From assembly GCA_021613535.1 (NCBI GenBank), contig CP075492.1, positions 19,778,001 to 19,842,000 of the forward strand: a stretch of 64,000 nucleotides of DNA. The letters are read 5' to 3'. The position numbers and the translations under genes are program-made. This stretch comes from Adineta vaga. Lineage: Eukaryota > Animalia > Rotifera. This document shows positions 51,301 through 64,000 of this stretch, piece by piece (positions within the stretch are counted from its first letter, which is position 1; each line of letters opens with the position of its first letter). Below the pieces are notes generated by a model that was given only the letters and a program-made list of their open reading frames with translations, did not search any database and was not told where the DNA came from.

Positions 51301-54300
51301 ATACTACCTGCAGACACTTACTACATTGCATTTCAATCAGAATAATATCGAAGATGAAGGTGCCAAACATATGGCTGATCTTTTGGAAATAAATAAAGTA
51401 TCTTTCAATCATTTTCTTTCTTTCTTTATCTTTTATTGTTCATAGACATTGGTTAAACTTTCACTTTCTATGAACAACATTGGTGATCAAGGGATGTTTT
51501 GGATTTGTAAAGCTTTAAATACAAATACAGTAATGATTTCTTATGTACTTTGAAAGAATTTTATCCATTCATGTTTAGACATTAAAAGAACTTGTTCTTC
51601 AGCAAAACAAAATTGCAGACGATGGAGCAAAATCTTTATCGGAAGTATTACAAAATAATAATGTATATTTAACTTTACCTTGTAGAAAGTTTAATTTGAT
51701 TGTCAATATCTAGACACTTGAAAAGATGAATCTTGAAAATAATAATATTGGTGATGATGGCGCAAAAGATCTTGCTTTTGCATTAAAAATGAACAAGGTG
51801 ATCATTACTTTTGTCTTGAGGGTGAGGGTGTGAGTGACAGTAGTATACTTACAGATCAAATACACCCTCAAGATCCTTACACCCATATGCTTTTCTATAT
51901 ATAGACTATGACCACATTGGATCTTAAATATAATAAAATTGATCTAAGTGGAATGGAATGTTTATATAATGAATTACAGCATAATACAGTATGTTTTCGT
52001 TTTTCTTTCAAAAGACTTTGTTTCTCTTCTCTTTCTTACACGTAGACTCTTACTCAATTATCTTTAGATAATAATAAATGTGAATATCATCAGACTGTTT
52101 CTAAGTTGTTACAAATCAGAAATGATTATGTAAATTTTCGAAATGATTTTGTCAAGATCGTTTAATCTTTTTTAAAAATATTATTAGAACTTAACACAAA
52201 TCAGTTTGTATGGAAATAATATTGACAATAACGGAATTAAATTCATCGTTGATGCTCTACGACAAAATACAGTTATTATGATATTCTCTAATCATTTCGA
52301 ATAATAATCAAATCGTCGTTTTTTGATTTAGGCACTCGAAGAACTTGAATTAAAGTTAAGTGAAATTAATGCTGATGGGGCGAAATATCTTGTTGATGGC
52401 TTTCGAGAAATGACCGTAATAAGATTTGATTTAAACGTTTTTATCGATGAATTATTTTCTTTCAGACAATAAAAAAATTGAACCTTTCTGCTCGTAAATA
52501 TGGAATTGTTGGTATACTTTCTTTGATTGATCCCACAAAAAATAATGCGGTATTTAATGATATAAATTGATTTGAATTTTTTCTAAAACTTTTATCTTCT
52601 CATATAAAGACACAAACATTTGATGAACTTATATTTAATTATATTTGCCACCGTAGGCAAAGGCGTAGATATTATACTTCAAAACATCTAGAAAATATGA
52701 TTTCTTTGCAACGTAACACTACGGTACAATATCTTTCAAGAAAATCTTTCTTTTCCTTCATTCTTTTCTATTCAGATTAATAAATCTTGCGAAACATTTG
52801 GAATAATTGCAGACATTAGAAAAGATTCAGTATAATAATTCTCTTTTTCTTTTACTGAAATATTCATTTTATATATGTATAGATATTATATAAAGATTTG
52901 CCAAAAAAATTTATTCAATCTACTGGTGCACAACATATCTATAATACTTTACGTCATGGAATGGTAATTATTTTATTAAAAATTTGATCTACGATCTTTA
53001 TTTGAGTTAGTTTTCGAGAAATTTGCATGTGAAAATCTGTGAAAATGCTTTAAATGAAATGGAAAATAATACGGTTCGTACATAGTAAAATCATCGACTG
53101 GCTATAATTTGATATTATTATTTAGACGATAAAAATATTGAATATAAATACTTGTAAAATCCATGGGAGTGAATTATTCCAAATAATTATCAATAAATTC
53201 TATGATCATGTAAATATTTTACTTAGAATTCTATCTATCTTATTTAATGTAAATAGACATTTCTTACAATAGAGATCAACTCGGATTTAATCAATCAGGT
53301 TATCATGAATTATCTTTCTGGTATTTTATTATATAATTCCGTATGTAAATATTATACAGATGATTTTCTTTGAAATTCTTTCTTCTCATTAGATACTTCT
53401 TACATTAAATATAACAACTAGTAAGGCATTATCTAGTATCAATATAACACAAGATTTATCAAATTTTCTTCAAAATCATGCAGTAAATTCTATATTTCAT
53501 TCATACATTTCAGGATTTTCTCTTCATAGACATTAACTACTTTATGTTTACAAAACATTCAAATTGATTATCAAAGAATAGAAATTCTTTCTTCTGCATT
53601 AAAAGGTTTAAGAGTAAGTTTATTTGTTTTTTTTTCTAAATTTACAATCTATTTCAAATTATGATAGAAATTAGAAACATTGATTCTTTCTCGTGTTAAT
53701 ATGAGACCAATTGTTGCAGAAAGTCTTGCTAATGCTTTAGACAATATCACAGTAAACTTTATTTTGCATTAATTGTATCTTTTCTTATAGAATCTTTTTC
53801 ATTAAACTATAGACATTGAGTATCTTAAGATTAGATAGTAATCGAATAGGTGATAAAGGAATTCAGTTTCTCATGAAAATATTCAAAATAAACGCATTAA
53901 AAGAAATTGATCTATCAAATAATCAACTTGGATATGGTGATGGAATACAGATTCTTGCTGAATTTTTACAAGCCAATACTGTTAATATTCATTTATTTAT
54001 TTTGTTATTCGTTTATTTCTTTATCGTTAATAGACACTTTTGAAATTAAATCTTTCTAATAATCAAATTGCATTTTCTGGCTCAAAATATCTCAGTAATG
54101 CTTTAGAGAAAAATACAGTAAATTTTTATTGTTCTTGCATTGTTTTTTTTGTTTATGTATTGATTTATTTGATTAGACATTAACTTCATTGTATCTTCGA
54201 AGTGATAATATTGATGACAGAGGAATTGAAAATCTCTCGCAAGCATTGAAAATAAATAAAGTAAGAAGCTGATTAAAGGAAGTTCTTGAGAATGATTGAA

Positions 54301-54550
54301 AATCTCTTTAGACACTTGAACATATTGATGTTTCAAACAATCCATTTGGAAATAATGGAATTGAATATTTTCAAGTTTTATTGCAAGTTAACAAAGTATA
54401 AAAATTGTTCATTCTATTTGATTGTTTCGGTAATCATTTTTTTCCTTCTATCTTAAGACACTTACTGAACTGCAAATCGGTTTCAAGTATGACAAATATC
54501 AAGGAAATCTTGTTCAAAAATCAGAAACCAAAGAAGTTATGGATGAATAG
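48321..54550 (+). CDS. F-box plus RI-type (NLRC3-like) LRR protein, ~35 exons
   Basis: Exon 1 contains F-box LLKLPVEILHRIFDFC. It is followed by serial mostly 84-nt phase-0 exons (TLxxLxLxxNxIxxxGxxxLxxxLxxNx) separated by mostly ~50-70-nt GT-AG introns. Last exon ends EVMDE* at 54548-54550. Confidence 0.85.
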
Positions 54551-57355
54551 AGATATTAATTACATTTATATATTTTTAAGACAAAAGTATTTGTTTTAAT
54601 GTCATATATTCTTGAGAAAAGAAGAATAAAACATTTATCTGAAAGGAAAGTTTTTTATGGATAAGAAATTTAGCCAAAAAATATTGTTTGTATCGAGTAC
54701 TAAATATATCCTGACATATATGATAGGCGATTTAGGATATTTCTAGTGTTTGTACTATCAATAAAAGAAATCGCTGCACGAACTATAATGCGTATCGATC
54801 TGTAAGATATCCTAAATGAAAAAAGAAGCTGTAAAGTACAATTGATTTGCTAGATATTTCCGTTTAAAACGTATTTGATTAGATTCACAGTTCTATATTC
54901 TACATCATAATGCATGTAGATTTTCAATGTATAAAACTATCTACCTTTACCACTAAATCCAATGAGATCGGAAAAGCCATGAGTATTCCCCTTACTATTA
55001 TATATAAGGATCCATCGGTACTCCCTATCATACATAAGATCTATTTCATAATCAATACTAAATTGTTGATTGTGAAAATTAATTTGTCTCTTAAGTTCAA
55101 TTTCTTTGATAAGAGAAAAGAACAATAAATTATTAACATAGAGATTGCAGGATTGTTAAATGTAATTTTTCATAAAATAAGATAATAGAATCGATTAAAT
55201 AGATATATGCAATTATTTTCTGATGTTTGAAATACTTTGTTCTGATCGATCTATAATTGAATATGGTATTAGAAAACATAAACAGATCGTTTTTCATCTA
55301 TTAAAGGTAAAAATGCTATTATTCGATGTGAATTACCATTCTTTATATATCCCATTAAATCTATTGAATCTATTTTTCTGAAACAAGATAAAGACTAATT
55401 AATTTATTATTACTGTTGAATATGAACATAAAAGTATTTCGTTATATTTAGAAGAAAGTTGTTTACATAATTTATATGCTATATTTGATATCATCTTTGT
55501 TTTTTTTGTTTTAGACAGGATTTCGAACATCCAAAAAACTAGTAGCTCTTATAGGATGTCAATGAACTATCTTGAGTTCTATAGAATTCTGTAGTCAACT
55601 AAACTGATTCAGAACCTTGTGGAATCGTTTCGAATGGTCTCATAGGGAGTAGTTTTAGTATTTCATGCAATTGTATAGAGTTTCTTCCCGTTCGATGAGA
55701 GTTTAAACAATCCTAGATGTGAATAGAGTACTCGCACTTTCTATACATATACAGTTATATGATATAATCATATGTTGTGTTATCAGAGGCGTAAGGAAAT
55801 GAGAGATCAAACTACCGCTTAGAAAAGATAGACATTTGCCAGATTTTTTTAAATGATTGCATCGCCCTCTTTCACTCAAAATTTGTTTTCATCATTTGTG
55901 CTAGATCACCATTGTTAATCTTTATAAAATGATTAGAATAGTGCGAGTTTTTATTCTGACATTTGAATATATAAGTTAATAATCGAGTGAAGAATAGAAA
56001 TTCGAAAAGAAATTCAAATTGATTTAATATTATTAATTTTATTGGAATTAAGTCTAGATGAACTCAATTGGAAATAATAATTATTTTGAATACGTATAAT
56101 ACGACCTAAAGTATTGTGTTAGAAATGTTTTCAAATAACATAAATAACGCAGAATTATAAAGAAGTCATAAGTATTACATTCTCTAATCGATAAATATGA
56201 TAGAGAATATTGATTTGATCATAAAGATTTCTGTTATACGATAACTAGAATTTGGTAAATGAAACATTTAAAGATAATAATATTGTACAAAAGTTTTTGA
56301 AAGAATCTTAATGACGTTTTCTATTCGTTTATAACGATTTTCCCATGAACTATAATCATTTAATTTAAAAGAATCGATTGAAAGTAAAATTAAAGAATAA
56401 TTACAACTATAATTTTTTAAAAATCGTTTTAGATTTCTAATGAATCAATTTTACAAGACATTTGATAATCATTGTCCAAAGCATAAATTTTATATAGTAA
56501 CGATAGTATGAAATCTTTTACATACAAATGAAAGTGATCAAGTGATTGTTTGAATATCGAGATGATCAAAAATTGAATGTAATATTTCATTATATACCGA
56601 TCGATAAGAGATACCTTTGACATTAATCATTTATTTGTATGATAAATACTATTTTGAAGCATTTCAATTTCATTTTTTTTGTTTCTATACATATTGTCCA
56701 AAGCAGCACACATGTTAAAAGAATGAAAAAACAGAGAAAGAAATACATGATTTTATTGAAAATCATCCATCAATGAATAAATTTCATAGAAGTTTACTAC
56801 AAAATATGATTTTCGTTAAAAGAAAAGGAAGTAGAAGTAAACTGAAGCATATGAAGGATTCCATTAGGTAATTTTATAATACCAAGACGTCATAGCACTC
56901 TTCAAAATTGTATTAGTTTTTATGAACAATCAAAACATATCTTTCTATTGTTGATATAAATGAAACTGATTTTTTTGTCTTAGTAAAATCTGAAATGAAA
57001 AGAAAGGGAAAACTTTATAAGAAATACATTATTTTAAATGTATATTTCTCGTGAATGCGTACGAGAAAAGGAGTTCTAGTTAAAATCTGAATTTAAATAC
57101 TTTTTTGAAATATATATGATTAGTGTGTATAACGACATCTTTTCTTATATTATATTTTATACAAAAAGAAAAATAGGAGAGGATAGGAATGATATATGTA
57201 TTGATTAGTGATAGTGTTACAAATAAAAGAATATTATAGATATGTTTGTAGATCATTCTACTCAATTCATTTGAATAGTTAGACTATTTTCGATATCGAT
57301 TTCTTGAGAATTAAAGCTTTTCATTTAAGTTATGTTTTATTTTAGAATACTTTTT

Positions 57356-58564
57356 ATGACTGAAAACAAAGTAAATGTTATTGATACAAAAGAGAAAGGA
57401 CATTGTTTAGTTGCAAATGAAGATGTTTCACAAGGAGATATTCTATTAATATCAAAACCATATGGTATTATTCCATCGATTAGAAAAACGAATAAAGTAT
57501 GTGCGAATTGTTTTGATATATTCCAAGAACAAATTGATACAAAGAAGATGATTTCATGTCGACAAAATTGTCTACATGTTTTTTATTGTTCAAATAAATG
57601 TGAAGAAGAACAATGGAATAAATTTCATCAATATGAATGTTCTTTTCTTGATAGAATAAAAGATTATAATGATAAGGAATATATTATTAATTATACTTTA
57701 CTTGTTATGCGTTTACTTACTCAACGATTCAATGATATTTTATATAAATCAGAAAAGATTTCAATAGAAGATGTATTTATATTATTATCACATAACGATG
57801 AATTTAGAAGAATCGCGAAATTATTAACAGAATATGTTTTAACAAAACTTATTTCTCAATTATGTCAAAATAATGATCAAATCATTCATATAATTCAGTC
57901 ATTCTTACCTGATAATACAGATATAAAACAAGTGGAAATTACCAATTGTGATCTATGGTTAATTGATATGATTCATTAATGTTCATTCTCCGATGATGTC
58001 ACTGTTATCGAAGTATTAAAATCTCTTCTAATGAAAATTTATATTCTTATTTGTATAAAAGAAGTAAATGGATTTTTTCATAGTACTTTTAGATTTGATT
58101 GTTATTCTCAATCACTTCAAGTCTTTGCATTAGGATTATATCCATCTGCTGCATTTATTAATCATTCATGTACACCAAATATGGGTCGCATGTTCATTGA
58201 TAAAAATAGTACTGAATTTCAAAGAGATGACCTGGTATTTTTTGCAGCATATTCTGTTAAGAAGAATAAAGAATTGTTTATAAGTTATGTAAAACGAAAA
58301 TGGGATTTGTATTTACAAAATCAAATGACAAATGTTGATGAAATTATTAATAGTCAAATAATGGGAAAACAACAATTGAAAGATGAATACTTCTTTAATT
58401 GTGATTGTATACGTTGCGTTAATGAATCAAAGGGAGAACTTGATAAATCTTTTATGAATTTGATAAAAGAACTGCAATGTACAAAATCAAAATGTCAGGG
58501 TTGGCTTATTCCATCTTTTGAAAAACATCACATGTATTGTGAAGCATGTCAAATGTTACAATAG
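57356..58564 (+). pseudogene. SMYD-like SET/MYND methyltransferase with one in-frame stop
   Basis: KGHCLVA, MYND-type CANC..CRQNC..YCSNKC..HQYEC, GLYPSAAFINHSCTPN, ELFISY, FFNCDCIRC. TAA at 57977-57979 lies between two same-frame ORFs. Intronless. Confidence 0.85.
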
Positions 58565-59633
58565 ACAATTCTTTTCTTTTTATATATCTCTATGATAATA
58601 ATCTGAATAAGTAATAAATCTAACGTTTGATCTGGATATCATATTCTCAATAGGGATTCTCATCTTCAGAATATGGATGTATGTGAAGGTACGAAGAAAA
58701 GTGTGAGATGGATGTTGTCAACACCTGAGTAACTACCATAAGTTTAGGCGTACAGATACCGACACTATCCTTCTACGACATCTTGAACTTACAATATTCT
58801 TTCGCATTGGCAGATAGTAAAATCTACTTTCTCACGTTTTCGATCTTTATTTGCTAATCTTAGCCAAAGTGTTTTACTCAACAGATTAAAAGAAAAAATC
58901 TTTACTTTGACATGCAGCTACGTTCTTACATAGAGGTTCTTCGGTAAATGAATAACGTGGATTGTACTTTCTATATGTTTTTTTTGTAACAAATATCAAA
59001 ATATGAATTGAAATATAACACAGATTGAACACTTACGAGTAAAAATAATCGCCTTTCTGAAAATTTCGAAAGGCAGACACACCGTCTTTTAAGCCAAAAC
59101 TCCTGATAAGATGATACGACCGAAGCGTGCATCTTCACAGGCACACTCGTCAATTTTTTTCATACTTTTATGAGCAACTGAGACAAGTTCTTTATGTTGA
59201 CAACAGAGAACATTTTCAATACGACTATTCTACAGAATACAAAGATTCTTAATAAAACTAACGAATTTACGAAATAGTGGAATTTCATATTAACAAACTG
59301 TACTACTATAGGATTATTATGTTACAAGTGTATGGAAGAAATTGAATGAAAGAATATATTAAAATGAAACTTATCCTAACAATTGTAAAATATTTGTGAA
59401 GAATTTATTACAGGTTTCATTTACATCTTCACCTATGCGATAATGATAGAGTTTCTCGAAATTTTTTCTGATATGAGTAGTGATGTTTTATTAGCATGCG
59501 AGAAAAGATCGAAAAGAAAAAAGAGGAGAAGCTAAACAAGATTTACATACTTACCGTACAACCTAAAAATTATCATTCTTTTTAATGAGAAATATTGGTG
59601 ATAAATCTTTATTCATCTTCTTCTTCTTATATA

Positions 59634-61607
59634 CAGGGTGTCACAAAACCTTTACGCCCCCCGTCAGCAACCTAAAAGATAAATGATATCATAAACATTT
59701 TTATACCAAATTGAAGCCCGTGAAAAACTGCATCTAGCACACTAATTAGAATAAATATTGTGTATGAAATTATCCACGCGCCTTGTGCCAGAAACCGAAA
59801 CGTCATAAGAAACAAAAGTCCGAGTGTGCGAGAGATTTGTTGTGGCTCTCACTACGGTTATTGTGGATAATAGAGTTTCCAATTTATTGAAGATGTAAAA
59901 TGCTCACAAAGAAACGTTCATGAGAAAATATCAGAAACTGGTATGACCTCCTCGAGCAGCTCTGAGAGCATCGAATCTTTTCCTCATTGAGCACAGCAAA
60001 TCAATGAAAATATCAGTGTCATCCTCGAGATTCTCGAGGACATTCTCAAGATTAGTCTTCAGTACATCATAACTGTATCTGTTTTGGCGATCTTCAGTGG
60101 CCATCAATTCTTCAACTCTATCTTTGATGATTGTACCAATATTCTCCGCCGGATTCATGTCAGGACTGTTACCAGGCCAGATAGAATTGCCCCAAAAGTC
60201 AATGTCCTCGTCCTCCAAAAGATGTTGTGTTGCGTTAGCTTTCATGCAGGGTGCCTTGTCGTGAAGAAATACGACTTCGTGCACGTCAAGGACATTCATT
60301 GGATTGCGAAGAAATGGAATGATATGCTGCTGAAGAACAGTTTCACGAAAATAGGCCCCATCTCATGATTGCCCATGTTCTTCTAAGACCCAAAGAAGTT
60401 TCTTTGCAGTGAACATAAGAAAAATTCCGATGCACTACTGTGCGTTCTGAACCATTTCTCGGTATCTTTCATCATTGCTGATGTCCTGGATATTTTTGGC
60501 CCAGATTCTATCGTTTTGATGGTTTGCTTTTCTTATAACGTAAATATAAAATTCATCTGAGGGCGCAACGTGCATGAAATCCTCTTCGGTCCAATTGGCA
60601 ACGTAATTTGCGAGCCATTTTCGATCTTCAATATGTGTATTTGTCTTCAGTGGCTTCGCAATCACATGGAAAGGTTTCAATCCTTGTCGATGTCGCTCCC
60701 GATTAACAGTCATACGACTCACCCGCTGTTTTGTTTTCTCTAAAATTTCCCTGGCAACCTTTCGAGAGCTATTGCCCCTGACACCACTTGCAGAAGAAAT
60801 AACGTCTTTGCTTTCCTATGGGTCAACACCTGAGGTCGACCACTTCCAAATTGCGTATAGCACTCTTCGGTTATTTTATTCCAATTTCGGCGTACCCAAT
60901 CTTCGCTACGGCGAAGTCTTTCGGAGATCCATGGACGAGTGATAAATGATTCTCCTGTAGTTGCGATCATTTCATCACGTATGTCACGATATGTGATGCA
61001 GCGAATTCGATCCACAATTCGCTGCTCTTCTGAATCGTGAAGAAGATTAGCCATTTTTATGCGTTAGATTTCCGTGATAAGTTTTTCTAAACTTAACTGA
61101 TATTTAATTCAATTCTTAATGCGATTGAGTCAGTTACTTGTGCGAGCAACAGACACACAGTGAAGGAAAGAAATGACAAAACTCGAACCACTACTAGAAA
61201 TTTTTCGTTTTCTTTTCTATTCATTCTTCTCTTATCTGTTCGTGCGCAAATGCACGCAGAAGGTTTTTCTTTCCATTGTTAGTCATGGGTAGTGAGTCCT
61301 TTTCGATTAACAGTAAACACATCATTCAGTTCGCGCATGTGCTTCGTAACTGAAGGACAAAACAATATAATTTATCCGTTAACAAAGAGGTATGACAGCT
61401 CTTTCGTATACTCCGACTGTTGTTTTTTATGACGTTTCGGTTTCTGGCACAAGGCGCGTGGATAATTTCATACACAATATTTATTCTAATTAGTGTGCTA
61501 GATGCAGTTTTTCACGGGCTTCAGTTTGGTATAAAAATATTTATGATATCATTTATCTTTTAAGTTGCTAAGGGGGGGGGGGGGCGTAAAGGTTTTGTGA
61601 CACCCTG
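59634..61607 (-). mobile_element. Tc1/ITm-family DD37E transposon (1974 bp, ~185-bp TIRs), decayed transposase at 61054-59931
   Basis: TIR CAGGGTGTCACAAAACCTTTACGCCCC...GAAACGTCATAA mirrored at the right end. TA TSD. SDE, HDKAPC and WPGNSPDMNPAE with 37 residues between D and E. Frameshift and stops. Confidence 0.93.
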
Positions 61608-61609
61608 TA

Positions 61610-62426
61610 TGTCAGTGATAAAAACAATCACAGAGTGATAAAGCTCCACGAAGGATCTTTAAATGGTACTATCGCTGCTGGTACAGGTTTATCAGGTGGT
61701 GTTATCAATCAACTAAATGTACCATCAGAAGTATTTGTTGATTCAGCATCTAATATTTATATTAGTGATACATATAATCACCGTGTTATGTTATGGCGAA
61801 AGAATTCATCCAATGGTATTGTTGTAGCTGGGATTAGTAGTAATGTGGGATGTTCAGCTAGTCTTCTGAATTACCCATTTGGATTAGCTATTGATTCATT
61901 ACAAAATATTTATATAGCTGATTGTTATAATCATCGTGTTATGAAATGGGCACCAAATGCAACTTCTGGTACATATGTAGCTGGTTCATGTACACCAGGT
62001 AGTAATAGCCAACTGCTTAATTATCCTACTGGTATTTATCTTGATGAAATTAATTCATATATTTATATTGCGGATTCATATAATAATCGAATTCAACGAT
62101 TTCGATTGGGCAATTTAATCAATGGTACTACAGTTGCTGGCGGAAATGGTCCGGGATCATGTAACAATCAATTCAATACACCTTATAGTGTGTATGTTTC
62201 AATAAACACAGGATTTATGTATATTGCTGATGGTAATAATCATCGTATATAACGCTGGGCTATTGGAGCCTCATATGGAGTGACAATAGCTGGAATTACT
62301 GGCTCTACTAGTACTAGTTTAACACTTTTAAATCAACCATCACGAGCTATTTTAGATCCTAATGAAACAAATGTGTATGTAAATGATATGATGAACAATC
62401 GTGTTCTTCGTTTTACTCTTATCTAA
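61610..62426 (+). pseudogene. NHL-repeat gene fragment
   Basis: VSDKNNHRV, ISDTYNHRV, IADCYNHRV, IADSYNNRI repeats. Premature TAA at 62250-62252, frame continues to 62426. 5' side cut by the Tc1-like element. Confidence 0.85.
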
Positions 62427-62696
62427 GAATCAATATTATTTATAACTTAATAAAAAGTACCTTATTTAAACTTTTCTGTTGTATTGTAAAACACTAGAAG
62501 TTTTATTATTAATAAACATTTTCTGAAACAAATATATCATTTCATATATCTTTGTATAAATAAGAATTTCACTTCTATAAATATAAATGACATAGATATT
62601 TTAATTGAGATACTATTGATGAGGTTATGACAAATCTCAAATTGGTACCAACTTTTACTAAAAATCTGATCGTGGGGTGTATGGGTGAGGGTGAGA

Positions 62697-64000
62697 CAGA
62701 GCTCCGCGGGACGACCAAAAAGTCGTCCCGTCCCGCCCCGTGTCCCGCCTCTTTTCGTCCCGTCCCGTCCTGTCCCGCGTTAGTTTCGATCGAGAGTCCC
62801 GTCCCGTCCCGTATTTCGAGCTCTTCTGTCCCGTCCCGTTCGTCCCGTCCCGCATCATGTTTTACTTTTTCAATCTAAATAATTTATTTTACCTCTTAAA
62901 TATATTTAACTAACATTAATATTACAAAAAATACTTTTTATCACAAAAAATTGAATGTTCAGCAAGAAGAATCTTTTTCTATGAAAAAAGAATAAGTTTG
63001 AATACTGCTCATCTAGTAACTGATCTAAGAAAAAGTATGTTGTTGAGATTTTCTGGATTGATTGAAGCACGACGTTCACTCATAACGAGCCCACCTCCAC
63101 TAAATTCACGTTCAACTGATGATGTTGTAGCGGGAATACAATGAATCATTCGCGCCAGTTTCGATAATAATGGCAGATTGTTTTGGTTTTCCTTCCAGAA
63201 TATTAAAGGATTGTCAACGAGCAGCTCAGGATTAATATGCATTGATAAGTATTTGTCGACTTCATCATCATCTAGTTCATCATATTCGTCACTGAGATTA
63301 CCGACTTCATATTCTTGACCAAATCGTTTTTTCTTCTTGAGAGGTGGTTCACCTTGAGCATTCGTTTGAAATAATTGTTGTTTTCCTCGATTATGTAACA
63401 AACGTTTTACTTTTTCTCGTTCAGCTATTTCTTTCAATTGTCGTCGTACATAAATCTTGCAAGAATCAATTTCTTCATTGGAACATTTGCGAAGATATCT
63501 GTATCTAGGATGAAGAAATGTTGCTGCAAAATGAATGGGTTCTAAGACAAACATATCTTTTAGTAATTCAAGTAGACGAAGTCGAAAAAATCGAATTCCT
63601 GAAAGCAAAAAATAGTCTTGCTTGAATTATTTTACAAGTGTTCAACTGATATATTCTATCAGATAGAACTATTAAACTCACCATCCGACTCCTCCGATTC
63701 GATATCATATTGATCGTCATCACTTTCTTTTCTTTTCGATGACATATTATCAGAATCATCATTTTCTTTATTGAAATTGATCAAATATTCGAATGAACTT
63801 AATGCTTTACGTAAAGTCATGACACAGATAAGAACTAAATACAACGATGGTTGATTTCCTTTTTGTATAATGGTTAGGATATGCTTGAATGGACGTAATA
63901 AATATACAAGACGTTTGATAATCAATCGATCAATTAAAAATGATTTCTTCTTCTCCTGCAAAACCTTTTTTGTTTCTTTAAAAGAACGATCAATTGATTC
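62697..64000 (-). mobile_element. hAT transposon 3' part with spliced transposase, runs off the window
   Basis: Terminus CAGAGCTCCGCGGGACG with (GTCCC)n subterminal repeats. AATFLHPRYR, PLIFWK, LPLLSKLAR, CIPATTSSVEREFS (hAT dimerisation domain). Intron ~63600-63680. Stop at 63009. Confidence 0.92.

Noticed and set aside
8027-62252. Recurrent CAA>TAA and TGG>TAG/TGA stops as a sign of targeted deamination or RIP
   Set aside because: These are the commonest nonsense routes under AT-biased mutation, the ancestral codons are only inferred, and the count is too small.

Overview
AT-rich eukaryotic DNA with ~50-85 nt GT-AG introns. The gene families present (NHL-repeat expansions, EGF-7TM receptor, ART-TPR, F-box/RI-type LRR, Athena-like RT) point to a bdelloid rotifer; this is an inference. 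The window reads as a TE-dense, decaying, possibly subtelomeric region. Mobile DNA: a Helitron-type PIF1 helicase hit by two MITEs, an Athena/Terminon-like unit with a catalytically dead RT, a mariner, a DD37E Tc1-like element, hAT elements, CMC-type MITEs, a non-autonomous Helentron and a Sola2-like fragment. Host genes, many pseudogenised, are dominated by defence-type families: AIG1/GIMAP GTPase, Mx-like dynamin, ART-TPR/Gig2-PARP, trypsin, F-box-LRR, NHL; a SMYD and a DGK relic are also present. The most novel candidate is at 31.4-37.5 kb: a NOF/MULE-like transposase with a USP-like peptidase tail, then a small membrane protein and an intact intronless F/Env-like glycoprotein, ending in foldback-style terminal repeats that abut a 5'-truncated Mx gene. 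This may be an envelope-carrying DNA transposon. Other notable items are an apparent double ADP-ribosyltransferase fusion, a possible trypsin-MORN splice fusion, a ~35-exon LRR gene built mostly from 84-nt phase-0 exons, and a perfect 110-bp palindrome. All family assignments come from motif recognition by eye; no database search was run.
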